This document shows, piece by piece, positions 1-12,996 of a DNA stretch of 64,000 nt. Source of the stretch: Phyllosticta citribraziliensis (lineage: Eukaryota); the NCBI RefSeq assembly GCF_038025025.1, contig NW_027117347.1:558001-622000 (forward strand), given 5' to 3'. Made by a program: the position numbers and the translations under genes. How positions within the stretch are numbered: position 1 is the first letter of the stretch; the number at the start of each line of letters is the position of its first letter. Under the pieces are notes generated by a model. It worked only from the letters and a program-made list of their open reading frames with translations. It searched no databases and had not been told where the DNA came from.

Positions 1-387
1 CTCGACCAGACTGCAGGGCATTGTGCCTGCCAACAACACGACTCCTGGCTAGGCCGCCGGTCCAGCCCTGCCATGGGGGCCCTCTTCCATCCGGCCTTGC
101 CTCTGTTTCCATCACCGCATCACGAACTGACCCACAGCCAAACACCACCTTTGCTGTCGCTAAGCGGCTCTCCCGCCACGCCTTTTCGCTGCCTCAGCCT
201 CCTCCGCTGCGTGTGTGTGCCACATCTACTCATCTGGCCAAGTGCACCGCCCGCCAGCCCGCACAGTCTGCCCTCTGATCTGTGACGTCGAGCCATCCTG
301 ATTGCTCAAATAATTCAGCCCTGCGTGACGTTGAACCCTCTCTCAGGTCCATTCTGTTCTCTCCTTCTTTCTCCTACCGTTCCGACC

Positions 388-2280
388 ATGACGGGCGCCA
401 TCGAGGCCAAATCCTTGTCTTCGCTAACCACGCTCGCTTCCAACCCTCCGCGCTATCCCAGGAATCCTACTCATGAGAAGCATGACCCCGTGGTCCTGTA
501 CATTGCGAGGGTCCCAGGTAGCAGAGGCGAGTGCTTTTCCAAATCTGCCAAACTCTCGTTGCCTGTGCACAGGGGCTGACATTCCTCAGATGTCTTTCTG
601 TCCCCCATGAAGCCTCGCCAAAAAGTTGTGACTGCCGAAGATGTTCAGAGCTGCCTGTACTATTTGCATTTGGACCGTCCCGAGGATGACGACTTGAAGA
701 AGGAAGCTACTTCGGAATATGGAGGAAGCTCGTCGTCGCCCCTTGAAGAGCGTCCCATCAACGAACAGCCACCCATCGCTCGAAAACCGCTGCCTGTCAC
801 GCCAGCGTCCTCTGCTCCTCTGCCAACTCCATCGAATTCGGTGCGGAGGAAGCCTTTGGGTCCACCCCCTGCCTTGTCCGTAACAACGCAAATGGGAAAC
901 CTACCGAATCTCCCGAACCTTCCCCCAAGGCAAATTCCGCATGCTTTGACCCCTGGCCGGCCTCACCACCAACGAGGGCGATCAAATGACCCTTCGGTTC
1001 GACGTCAAGAGAACATTGCTCCAGGCGACGAAAACCGCAGATGGTCCGCTGCACCGTATCCAGAATCGCCAAATTTCGACATCTCCCGGCCGCTGCCTCA
1101 TAGGCCCCGGGACCAGTCAGCCGCCAACTCCAACCTTTCCGAATCGACTTATCCCTCCGGACGTCCAAGTTTATCACAGTTTGATCCTGCTCCATCATCA
1201 CCTGCCACTTCTCAAAGTTCGACCGATGAAGGCACCTCCTTGACGCTGATACGACGGGATCCAGCTTCGGGCGCTCAGTGGAACGTTGGCAAAATTCGTG
1301 ACCCACCCAGCTTCAACTTGTCCTCCGAAAATTTCGACAGGTCAACTCAAGAGCAGCGAACGATCCGGAAGCCTGGTGCGCCTCTCTACATCGAAATCAA
1401 CAATCCCGGCTACACAAAATTCCTTCATTCCGACATGGCGGCACCAATGTCACCTCGTAGAAGCGAAGATACCGTGCGATCTTCCAGAAGCTCCTTTAAC
1501 CCACCTCAAGGAGCTTCTTACGCTCCCGTAGATACTGCATTCAGGCGACGAATATGGTTCGAAGGATCTAGATACGTCGCCGACTACTTTGGCCACAAAA
1601 AGTCCATGTCCAATGACTCTGGAAGAAATCTTGGGGTTCCTGGGCAGATAACCCCGACAAGTCCCCATTCACCTATTCTGCCTGACGACTCGGGCTTTCA
1701 CGAAGCTCGTCGACGGCTCGATATCCCGGCCCAGGAGAAAAAGTCTGGCTACAGAGGACCTGTATTCGAAAGCCCTTGGCGTGGAAGATGCGAGTTCATC
1801 ACCGGCGGTGCTGGTGATTCTTTAAGGGTAAGCCAGCAGCGTAGAGATTTTGTTGTTCTCAATTCTAATCCAGCACAGTGTCGACATATCCTGCCCGTTA
1901 GCAACAACGTACAAGTCCCAGAACCAGTCTCGGTTAGCGAGCTAAGATTCAACCTGCCGAGTCTACCAAGCGCCCAAACCGACGACCGAGTGTCCAAACG
2001 ATCCTCGGCGCTAGTGAGACCTGCGCTGCGGGGACACTCGTCGTCAATGTCTGTCGCCGACCACATGCGAGCAGATCCCTCTGAAATTCTTCAGGGCCTA
2101 TCTTCGCTCAACCTGTCTCTTGGAAAAGAGTACGCCGGAGGTGGATTTGGAGGCAAGCAAGCCAAGTTGGGGAAGCTCATAATCAGGGACGAGGGCCTCA
2201 AGATGATGGATCTTCTGGTTGCGGCCAATATGAGCCTGTGGTGGAGGGCTTACGAGCGCGTGGAGGCAGCTACACGCTGA
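388..2280 (+). CDS. Conserved fungal hypothetical protein (Pro/Ser-rich; often annotated 'oxidoreductase-like'), 3 exons
   Basis: ATG 388 (MTGAIEAKSLSSLTTLASNPPRYPRNP...LYIARVPGSR). Intron ~527-589 (branch GCTGAC, CAG) joins to DVFLSPMKPRQKVVTAEDV of the 557-aa ORF. In-frame intron 1828-1878 (GTAAGC...CAG). Blocks TLIRRDP..QWNVG and LGKEYAGGGFGGKQAKLGKLII..EGLKMMDLLVAANM resemble a Pezizomycotina family recalled from memory. Confidence 0.8.
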
Positions 2281-2644
2281 GTAGTGGGCGCAGTTTATGA
2301 AATCATGATTACTACGACAATCAACAGGGTGATTGACGCCCGGCGAAGCTGAGCAGGCTCTTTGAAAAGCAGGATCTTAAAAAGGACAGCTTAAACAGGT
2401 GATGGACACTGTGTAAGCAGGAGAGGAACAACAGGGTATGCAGTATTTCACATTACTTCACTTCAGTCAAGCTCGAGTATTTTGGCGCCCACACAGCCTG
2501 CCACAAGACTCTACTCTCTGCCTCAAAAATAAACCCAAGCTCCAACCATCTCCCCCAACCTTCAGCGTTACAACCTTTTCGCCCTCTTGGATCATCGCGC
2601 TCTTTCACGAAAATCTATCTGTCACTGACAAAACGCAAAGCACA

Positions 2645-4331
2645 ATGGTACCCCGCTACAAAGGACACGCTGGTTTCGATTTCAAAGTGATGGGTCTGGA
2701 CGGGGCAACGAAGCTCTTGGACATGATTGCAGAAGACCCTACGCTGTTCCAAGGAATCCGCTCGCTGTATCTAGGAGTGACGGTCGATGGCCTTGACGAC
2801 TACGTGGATGACATGTTGGCATCCGCTCTCAATGTCATTGGCCCTGGCAACGTAAGTGACAACTGAAGAAGCCTCCACGTACGTCTGCTAACAATCCGCT
2901 CCGTAGGTCCCCCACAACTTGGAAAAAGTCAAGATCTTCATCACCGGCGTCGATTACATGGAGATGCACGCCGAGTCCATCTGCTCTCCTGCCGCCTCTC
3001 GCGACGCGCCCTATCACGGTATTCTATTCAATCGCGACCCTCCCGAGTCGCTTCTACAATCCAAAGGAGTCGTCTACTACAAAGCCGAGCGGGCCTTCAT
3101 CAGGGCCCTGCTCAACATCCGTGGCGTCAAGCAGGTCGAGGTCGAAGGTCCCATGCCCGCGGAGCTGAAGAAGCGCATCGGCGCGTGTCTGACCACGCGC
3201 CCTGGCCATAAAGTGCGCAGCTGGAAGGGCGGACCGTCTGCCTTCAGGTCAGAAGCTGAGATTGGCTGGGGCAACTGGGTGGCGTCGATGCAGAGCCGCG
3301 ACGAGGACCTCGATCACACTGTTGGCCCTGATGGCGTTGAACTGGAAGACACGACGGCGCTCCACCGCGGCCTCGACGTATCCTTTCACGTCAGTTTTCC
3401 TGTCCCACCGTCGCCACGTCCAGAGGACGACAGGACCATCTGGAACAAGCCGCCGTTCAGATTCCCCAGCCCTCCCAGCGCCGACGTCGAAGACAACGCC
3501 CCGGCACCTCGCCAACGCGCCAGCGCCGCCATCTCGTCCGCCTACGCAGAAGACTTTCAAGACTCGCACAGCTCGCCCATCCTCTCTGACTCGGAAGACG
3601 ACGATTTCGTCCCCGACCCGTCCTCGCCCGTCAAGTCCTCACCCATCAAACGCCGCCGCTCCACAACAACGCGCGCGCCCGTCCCCGACCGCCGCAAACG
3701 GCCCTGCATACGCTCGCCCTCCCTCCCCGCCGCCGCGCTGGATGCCTACGACGCGAAGAGAGCGATCGGCTTCCCGAACAGCCCGGCGGGCAAGCTGCAC
3801 CGCGTCAACTACGCCGCACACAGCGTCGACGCCGACGACTTGGGCAACGCGGATGGCGGCGGCGCCGACGCGTCGAAGCGCATGACGTGGTTCCGCGGCA
3901 ACCGGCGCGTCGGGCAGAGGCAGTGGGTCTTGTCGACGGGCAAGGCGGCCAAGGTGTCGGTGGCGCGGAGGGTCGAGAGGGAGGGCCGGAAGCACATGGT
4001 TGCGGCGAGGCGCGGTGGGGCGCGGGGAGAGGAGAGCGAGGGAAGTGCTGAGGATGATGATGATGATGACTGGCTGCTGTCTGCCTCCGACTCCGGCTCC
4101 ACTGAGCTCGAAGATGACGGTGCATACGAGGCCGACTCGCCGGACTGCAACGGACCAGGAACCAGGCGCCCCCTTTCTTCGCCTACATTCGACAACGCAC
4201 CGGAAGATATCTCAGATCCGCAACAAGGCAGTGATGACAGCGTAATCGATCCCGTGGTGGCATGCCAGGAAGATGTCGACATGGAGGACGAAGGCGACGT
4301 CAGAGACGACGAGCTTTTTGATGTCGATTAG
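2645..4331 (+). CDS. Hypothetical protein with long acidic/Pro-rich disordered C-terminus, 2 exons
   Basis: ATG 2645 in good context (cacaATGg). Intron 2852-2906 (GTAAGT...GCTAAC...TAG) fuses ORF 2438..2866 to ORF 2919..4331 in frame. No family recognised. Confidence 0.65.
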
Positions 4332-5303
4332 AAGAGGACTGCGCGTTGACGTTGGAGGGTGATGATTGATATGTGGCTTCGACGAAGACGCGGTTGTTTT
4401 GGGTTTGGTCGGTTGGTTGGTTGGTCTTGACGGACGGGCGGATGCCGATGTATTGGATGAGCAAGCAGCGAAATCCGAGTTGGAGCGTGTGCTTGGTTGG
4501 GCTTGGTCTACCAAGGGGAACGAAGCTTAATGAGTAGGGAAGCAGCTGGAGAAGACTACCTCGTATGAGGACGGTACTGGAAACCTCAAGGTGAACGAAG
4601 GGATCAGGAGCGGAGTGTCAAAATTAGAATCAAGTCTCCAATGACACTGATAGACAAACAAACACCCTTCTCCTCACATACCCTGGCAGGAGGCAGCAGC
4701 TTGCTCCTCGTCGGCTGACAAAGGAACCAATGATACCCCACGTATTCTCCTTTTGAACCGTCTTCCATTCGCAGTCTATCTACACCAACCTTTCCCACGT
4801 GGAAGAACAAAGGCAACCCTCTGCACCCGCACCGCCCCTGATGCCTTCAACCAAAGCACTGAACGCCACCACCATTGAGATATCAAGACTTGCCCTTGCC
4901 CCTGCACAAACCCTGCTCCTTCTCATGCCCACGCATAGTCGGAAGAAACTATACCTCGATGCTGCCTGCTACCAGAAACAGAAAGAAAGAAAGCTTGACC
5001 TCCCAGCACAAATGCTCCAGTTGTGTCTGTACTAGTAAGTAGTGTGTGTACGCTGATGCCATACCTAGCATGCAACTGTCCTGCAAAAGGCCTCCCCCTA
5101 TTGAAGTGCATACCCAGATGCTACTCCTACCAATGAAAAGGAAAAAGGGTTGAAGTCATCATGCTATCATGCACCGAACCCAAGTGAACGACGCGACCAA
5201 AGGGAATAAGGTAGGAAGATTGTAAGCTAAGAAATGCCCGATGCCTGCCTATTTGCTTACCCAACAGACAACGACATTGCTAGGGAGCCAAGTCCCACGC
5301 TCC

Positions 5304-8186
5304 CTAAACGCCAGGCGCGCGCCCCTGCGTCTGAGCGCGCTGGAACTGGTGCAGCAAGCCCAGAACCCCAGCACCCCTCGTGCCAGCCTCGAGGTCGTCC
5401 TCGGCAGCATCGCCCTCCGACTCATCCGGCAACCACGAGTCGCTGAGGTTGTCGTCGTGGTCGAAGTGAGCAGCCGTCGTATCTTCGGGCTCCTCCTCGA
5501 GCTGCTCTTCTGGATGCTGCAGCGGCGGTTGGCGAGAGGATCGGAAGCGAGGCTGGTGAGCCGTGTGGCGGGGCGAGTGGTGGCGCGCGCCCAGCAGCGA
5601 CGGTTGGTGGTGTGGGTCCAGCAGGACAGATTGCATGGGGGATTGTGTTGCCACGGCCGTCGCCGCGCTGGATCGTTGGGCGCGGTGGTGCGTCCTTTTG
5701 CCTGCGGGTTCTCGGCCTGTAGCCATTCCAGGACCATCTATGCCGGCGAACGAAGCTGCGAGAGGAGGAAAAGCGGGAGGGAGGGTGAAAAAGGACCCGC
5801 GAGTACCACGCGCGGTCGGGTTCTGGCCGTACGCGTGCATGAAGCCCATCATTGACGCGTCCAGCTTGCCGTCCTTTGTGGCGAAATAGTCGTGACGGAG
5901 ATCTTCGGCTATGTTGGTGTGGGCTTTGCCTTCTTTTGCAATGTTGTCTGCAGTCTTCTTGAAGTCAAAGACGGCAAACGAGCAAACGTATCCCAGGCCG
6001 TCCACATGTATGGTGAACTCGCGGAAGAAGTCGACAATCCGCGCGCTACTTTTTGGAAGGCTAAAGTAGAGCACCACAGGAGTGCAAGCCATACTCAAAA
6101 GTTCCTGGAGGAAAATCATAATCTTCAACTGGTAAAGCTTGGAAAATTCTTTTCGAACTTCGTCGGTATGCAGCCTGTCCCGCCAGGATGAAGGGCAGTA
6201 ATGAGTAAAGTGGATGACTTGTTCAAGTGCAAACTCGGGGTCGAGGACGATTTCCTCCCCAGCGATGGAATTGCGTGCCACCGCATAGATGGTGGTCAAA
6301 ATTCCGAGCCAAAAGATGACTGTCTGGCCAGGTGTGATTTCAAGCCCCAAAAGGACTTCTGGAAAAACGAGGGAGCCAATCGCAAGAACCGCAATGTATG
6401 TCCCCACAAGGAACGCAACAAACTCGTACAGTTGGTTCGTCTTGTTTTTCGGGAATTGTTGGAGATATCGCTCCGCATAAGGATATGCCATGTTACGGCG
6501 CCGTTCGAAGAGATGTCGAAGCTCGTTGAATTCGCGGAACTTCCACTCGGCCAAGGGAGTGAACATCCTGGAGCCCAGCTGCGAAGGATCCTTTCGATAT
6601 TCCTAATCTCGATTAGCAAGTATCGACAAGTTTGCGTGGAGGTCCTTACACTAAAGTAGCGAAAGAAAAAGGACACGACAAAATATATGACCGTGATTGG
6701 GGCAACCAGGATGCTCAACATGGCCTTTTGTTGAAGCCGTTTGTTCAACAGGTCGATCATCTCTTTCCTTCTCTTAGTGTCAAGAAACTCGCGCCTGACG
6801 TGACCGTCGGCCGTGAATACAAAGTCCATGACGCAGTGGTTCAACGCTAGTTCCATGGTCCGTGAAAAGAATTGAACGTTTCCAAGAAATGGTATCGGTA
6901 TGGTAAGGTCGAGAATGTCCTTGTTGAAAAGGGCGATGAGATAGTTTTCGCGTCGCATTACGCGGTTGGCTATGTCGTGTGCATCCATCCTCTGCTTTGA
7001 ATGTGCTCCAATGACTTTCCTGTCGCGTGCAGTCACATTCTCCGCAGTCGTCAAGTTTGCATCCCGCAGCGCCATGAGTCTACTGACGACCAGCTGCCAT
7101 GACGCCGTCTGAATGTCGCTGTCGGGTATATCAAGCAAGTAGTGGTAAAACTTCTCCATGCGTCGAAGCCGTGTAATTTGCGAGGTGACGTGGAACAGCT
7201 GAAGGAACCAGAAGACGATGAAGAGCCAGAGAACCAAGAGCCACAATCCATGGATGCTTGAAGCTGTAAGCAGACTGCATTGGTTGAGGAAGGGACACTT
7301 CTTACTTTCTGATCGCGTTCGGCTTGAAGATCTCTCGCAGAGAATGACTGCTGTGGATCTTGTGGTAGTCAATGCAGAAGATCAGGAGCGTACATGTGCC
7401 CACTATACAAGCGCTCCGCCTAAGAGTTGATTAGATCTTGATGTTCTAGAGCATGGAGCAATGGGCTTACACGAGGTTGAGATAACTCCTCAGCAGAATG
7501 GCCCAAATTCCATGACCTTCAAAGTAATCATAGACCTCGGACATGAATCGATCCATGTTATGTACGTTAGCCCACATCCACATGGCTTCTTCCTTGGGAT
7601 CCAAGAAAGCTGTGCCGGCACGTCCAGGGCGAACTGGAAGGGGTGGCTGCCTTGACGGCGAGCGATATTCATCATCATGAAGCCGCTGCTGGGCACGCGT
7701 CGTATTCCACTGCGCCCTAGCAGTGCGCGTCGATGGGCCAGGAACAGGTGAGGGAAGCCGACCGGGGCGGACAGGCTCTCGCTGACCAAAATTCCCTTTC
7801 ATCTTTGCAGTATGTGATGGTCTATTGTTATCTAGCAAAAGTGATGCGGGGACGTCATCATCGTCATCCGCAGCGACCGGTTGCGGGGGAGCATTTCGCA
7901 TCCATTTTGGCCGATTGATTGTTAGTCGCGTTGATTGCCTTTCCATGTGGCCCTTTAAGAATGCAGTGCTCTGGTTTGTTGTTTGACTCTCTGTGTCTTC
8001 GGCGAGCAAGTGATCAAGGTCGGTATCTTGAAAACGAGCTTCCAAGTTCTCTTCGTCGAGTGCCGTCCCAGCCCGGTCTCTACTTCCTCCTCTCCGCGTC
8101 CCAGGCTGTCCTCGACCAAGTGGCTCATATGTGGAATCTTCGTCGTCGCCCGACGGAAGCAATCGCGATAGGAAGTTTGAAGTCAT
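5304..8186 (-). CDS. ATG9: Autophagy-related protein 9 (lipid scramblase), 3 exons
   Basis: Motifs WMWANVHNMDRF..EVYDYFEGHG, RMDAHDIANRVMRRENYLIALFNKDIL, AEWKFREFNELRHLF, FFREFTIHVDGLGYVCSFAVFDF. Introns ~7420-7470 and ~6603-6649 join three ORFs. Confidence 0.96.
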
Positions 8187-8663
8187 TTTGGCGTGAGGTC
8201 AAGCTGCGAGTCGTAAAACCAAACGGTGGAACCGCAAAGTTGCTAGGTAAAGCAACGTGTCCGGAACAGCGAGAGATCTATGGGTGGTTGGGCGAGGGAT
8301 AGCAGTCGGCAGTGTTTGTTGAGGCTTGGTTGACAGGCGGCGGGACAAGGCGTTATCTTGTTGCCGGGTTGATTGATGCGACGGGGGTGAGAAAGCTGCG
8401 AAGTCAAGGAGCAAGTGAGGTCTCCATGTGCCGCGAGCTGGAGGCTCGTGACATGGAGCGCGGAACGTGGACAGGAAGCCGATGGCGCGCCAGCTAAGTC
8501 AGGCGGAGAGTTTGGGGTGGTGATGGCGGAGGGAGGTCTCTGCTGGTCTGAGCTCAACGAATGACGCATTGGCAGAAAGGTACCCCGAAGGCCCACCGCC
8601 TGACTCTCCGCCCGGCAGCTCGGGTTAGTTGCTCCGTGGGAGACCTCCGACCCGACACCCCCG

Positions 8664-10810
8664 ATGGACACCGTGACCAGACCTGAACCGCAGGGCATCA
8701 TGTCAAGACCAGGCCCGCAGAGTCGTCCTTCTGGGGACTTCAGCGATGCTTCTCTGCCAGGAGCTGGCCAGAGGTCGACGGCTCTTTCTACCAGAATCTC
8801 GTCTGTTCTGTCCGCTTCCTATGCCGACCTTGAGATTCGCGATGCCCTGGAGACGCTCGATGCTCGCAATGTCAAGAACACGCAGGACATGCGCCGCCAA
8901 CTGAGGCTCGACGTCCAGCGTGAAGTCATTCAGTGCAACGGCGAAATCGTCCAGGACTTTGGCAAGGTGGCCGAGGTTGTTATTTTCCACGCGTCAATCA
9001 ATCTCAGATCACTGACTATTCGCAGCAATTGCGTCGCGTTGGTACTGCCATCAATGCTTTGAACCAATGTTGCGCTGATATGCGAGCGCAAATCTCGGCC
9101 GCCCACGATGAGACAAAACCAATGCTCGACGAGACATCCGCATTGATGAACCAAAAAACCGAGATTGAAAAGAGACAACGACTCCTGGATGCTCTCAAGT
9201 CTCACTTCATTCTATCGGATGATGAGCTTGTCACCCTCACCTCCACCGTTGAGCCTGTCGACGATGACTTCTTCCAGCTCCTGACTAGAGTCAAGAGGAT
9301 CCATCACGATAGCCAGTTGCTCTTGGGAACTGAAGACCAGCGGCTGGGATTGGAAGTTCTCGAGCAGAGCTCCAAACACCTCAGCGCCGCCTTCCAAAAG
9401 CTCTATCGGTGGGTTCAGCGCGAATTCAAGACGCTGGATCTTGAGAATTCGCAAATCAGCGCGTCTATCCGTCGCGCACTGCGAGTATTGGCCGAAAGGC
9501 CGCCACTGTTCCAAAGTTGCCTCGACTTCTTCGCCGAGGCCAGGGAGCACACGCTATCGGACTCCTTTTACTCTGCTCTCACTGGATCTTCGCCAGAAAG
9601 TGACGTTACGAAGCCGATCGAGTTCCACGCACACGACCCGCTCCGCTATGTAGGAGACATGCTGGCCTGGGTCCATTCCACGACCGTATCCGAAAGAGAG
9701 GCCCTCGAAGTACTTTTCATCTCTGAAGGGGATGAGATCGCCAAAAGCATCCAACTGGGCTTGGAAAGCGAGCCCTGGATGCGTGGTGAAGAAGGGGAGG
9801 AGATTTTCGATGGAAAAAAGGCACTCCATGAGCTCGTTAGCCGTGACCTTGCAGGAGTAGCAAGACTTTTGAAGCAACGGACAGAGCAGGTGGTGCAAAG
9901 CCATGAGGACGCTGTGCTCGCTTACAAGATTGCCAATCTTCTTGGTTTCTATCGCAACACATTTTCGAAACTGATTGGAGCCGAATCTGCGATACTCGAA
10001 GTTCTTGGGAACCTTGAAGAGTCGGCACTTCGACAATTCAGATCCAACATGAGGGATCATGTGGCCAGTGTCCAGAGTGACCTGACCGTCGTTCCCGCAG
10101 ACTTGACGCCTCCTGAATTTCTCGACGAAGCACTGGAAATGCTCAAGGCACTTCTCAAAAGCTTCGACTCGTCTATGACGGCATTGGACAACCGCGAAAA
10201 AGGATTCCAGCCTGTGCTCACAGAGGCTTTGGATCCCTTCTTGAACGGCTGTGAGAATCTCTACAAAGGGTTACGGGAGCCAGACAATGACGTGTTTGCT
10301 ACCAACTGCTTGTTGGCAGCTGTGGATGTGCTACGGCCCTTCCAATTTGTCCGAGAAAGAATTTCAGGAATCGAATCGACGCTGCAGAGCCATGCTTCAA
10401 ACCTGGTTGCGTCCCAGCACCGATGGTTTCTCCATACCTCCGGTCTTTACCCCCTGAAGGCCGTATTGGACGAGCTGTCCGATTCAACTGCGGACATCAA
10501 GTCCATACCTGAACTTGCGCAATTCAAACCAGAAAAATTGATTGTCGCGGGTCAACAACTGGACGACTTCCTACCTTCGGCCGTGATGGAAGCCATGGAA
10601 AATGTCAAAAGATTACGCAGCGCGGGTCTGGCCCAAAGTATTACAGAGCAGGCCGCAGAGAAGTTTTGTGAAGACTTTGAATTTGTTGAGAGCAGGATCA
10701 TGGCTGCCGATGAGTTACGGGTAGTTGAAAATGGTGACGAGGAGCCTGGGCCAGGACTGAGAGAGCTGTTCCCTCGCACCAGTGGAGAGATTCGGGTGCT
10801 GCTGAGCTGA
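8664..10810 (+). CDS. COG6: Conserved oligomeric Golgi complex subunit 6, 2 exons
   Basis: [61 protein letters not shown]. Intron 8976-9025 restores frame. Start could be 8664 or 8700. Confidence 0.93.
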
Positions 10811-10967
10811 ATGCAATCGCCGTCCATAGCCTGATATGAAATTCCCGATTTTGCGATGCCTCATTTCGGTCGCAGAGCCCGGTGCATTCCAAGAACAAAA
10901 GATGCCGAAATGTATGCTTAATTTTCTCCTCCTTTTCCGCCAAACGCAATGAAACTGGCGTCGCCCC

Positions 10968-11338
10968 TCAGGCCTGTGCCTGCTTCTTCTCCCACTCCTC
11001 CGGGGTATTGCACTTGGGAGTCCAGGCGTGTATGGCAGCGATCTCGTCCTTTAGCGCGGCGTTGACCAAGCGATGGCGGGCGAGGGTCGTCTTCTTGGCG
11101 AACTGGGGGGACACGATTATCGCTTCGAACATCTGACCGCAGCCACCTACCAGAGAAGACGCAGTCAGTGAGGAGGAAGCAAGACGGGCGGCTGGTGGTG
11201 GAGACGCGCACCAGACATGTCTATAATGTCGACATGGACCGCGCCGAGTCTCTGCTCCAGGGCCGCCTTCAAATGTTCGGGTGTGACGCCGGACGACATT
11301 TGGTTCTGGGTCGCTTCAACGTCAGATCGCGCGCTCAT
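10968..11338 (-). CDS. BOL2: BolA-family protein (cytosolic Bol2/Fra2 type), 2 exons
   Basis: Not given in the correct frame by the ORF track. Exon 1 MSARSDVEATQNQMSSGVTPEHLKAALEQRLGAVHVDIIDMS, intron 11147-11211, exon 2 GGCGQMFEAIIVSPQFAKKTTLARHRLVNAALKDEIAAIHAWTPKCNTPEEWEKKQAQA*. The SGGCG, RHRLVN and IHA motifs are typical of BolA2. Confidence 0.9.
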
Positions 11339-11588
11339 GGTCAGACAGGGCAGTTGTGGGTTGGCGGTACCGGGTACAGAACAGTGAGGGTTGGGAGAGG
11401 ATCAGATAACGGGCAAAATCAGATCTTGGTCGGCGTGACGGGAGCGTTGGAGCGGGAGAGGGATGACGTGAGCGCTCTCTTCCGAGGTATCCCTGCGCGC
11501 ATCGACAATCTATCGATAAGATTTGAACTGCTGAGAGGCGGCGGGTGTCAGTTCGACGTTCAGTCGTGTCTTCTTCCTCAACTTTGAC

Positions 11589-12996
11589 ATGCTGCCGGCT
11601 GGATTGCTACGACGTTCCTTCAGCATGAGCTCAACCGTCACCTCTGCGCCCTTTTCGCGGGCTGTCGTCCATGCCATGCGCAAGCTGTAAGTTCTGTTCC
11701 GACTTGCGTCAAATTCATGCTGACGCTGGGCAGCTATCCGGAGGCTTTGGCGGATAAGAGTTGGGACAACACTGGACGTAAGCTTGAATACCAGCAAGCT
11801 CGAGTTTGTTGGACCCTCTAACGATTCATCAATCTAGTGCTCCTGGAAGCGCCATTCAACCCGAAAATTCGCAAAAACAATTCGGTTCTCCTCACCGTCG
11901 ACCTGACCAAGGCTGTTGCCGATGAAGCCATTGAGCGCCAGGACTCGATCGTCGTGGCCTACCGTCAGTCTTACTCCAAACTACCAAAAAGAAGCCACCT
12001 GACAGGTCCTAAGCGCAGATCCAATCATTTTCAGAGGCCTCAAGTCCCTGACTCTTGCCAACACCCAGCAACAATCTTTGCTCAGGCTCGCTGCCGAAGG
12101 AATCAGTGTACGCAGAATTTGTCTCTATACTCATGAAGCAAAGACTTAAAAATCAATCTAGGTCTACTGTCCCCACACCGCGGTCGATGCCGCACCTGGC
12201 GGACTCGGTGATTGGCTTGCAGACATTGTGACTGGAACTCCAGCAGAGTCTGCTAGCTCATCCAAGCAGTCGCAGGCCACGACTCCTTTGACAGACTTGA
12301 ATGATCCCTTCGTTGGCGAGCGTCCTTACTACCAGCTGAGACATCACCCTTCTCAGCGAAGCTTGTCCCAAGTCGGCGACCTCACTCTGTCAGTATTTTC
12401 CTCCCACTTCAATGCGATCTAGACTAACGGTTTGCAGCGCTACCACACCGCACACGCGTGAAGCCATCACACCCGTGACCAATGTGCCAGGTGTTGAAGG
12501 GGCTGGAATGGGCCGAGTTGTGCGTTATGAGACTCCCCAACTGCTCACATGGATCATCGACCGCATCAGTAGAGGCATGGGTAACCCCAAGGCTTTCACG
12601 ATTGCGATTCCGCAGGGCAGCAGCCTTGAGGACTTGACTATCTCCAGCGTCGGCATCTGCGCAGGCAGCGGTGGGTCGCTGTTCTCTGGGCTCGACGTCG
12701 ATTTGCTCTTCACTGGAGAGCTTTCGCACCACGAAGCCCTTGCTGCTACGGAGAAGGGTCAAGTTGTCATCACGCTCTTCCACTCCAACACGGAGAGAGG
12801 CTTCCTGCACAATGTGCTCAAGCAGCAGCTCTTGACACAGGTCGTAGAGGAGTGGGAGTATCTCAGGAGCGAGGAGAAGGGTAGAGGAGATCTCGACAGC
12901 TTGACGCTGGCGGCGCTTGAAGATGACTTTGCGGCTGTCGAGGTCAGCGAAAGAGATAGAGACCCCTACGGCATTGTGATAGCCCAAGAGCAGTAG
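11589..12996 (+). CDS. NIF3: NIF3/YbgI (DUF34) family metal-binding protein, ~6 exons
   Basis: YPEALADKSWDNTGLLLEAP, VLLTVDLTKAVADEAI, HPIIFRGLKSLT, YCPHTAVDAAPGGLGDWLADIV, VGICAGSGGS, TGELSHHEAL, HSNTERGFL, VSERDRDP. Introns at approximately 11687-11733, 11778-11837, 11964-12018, 12108-12161 and 12389-12437. Confidence 0.93.
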
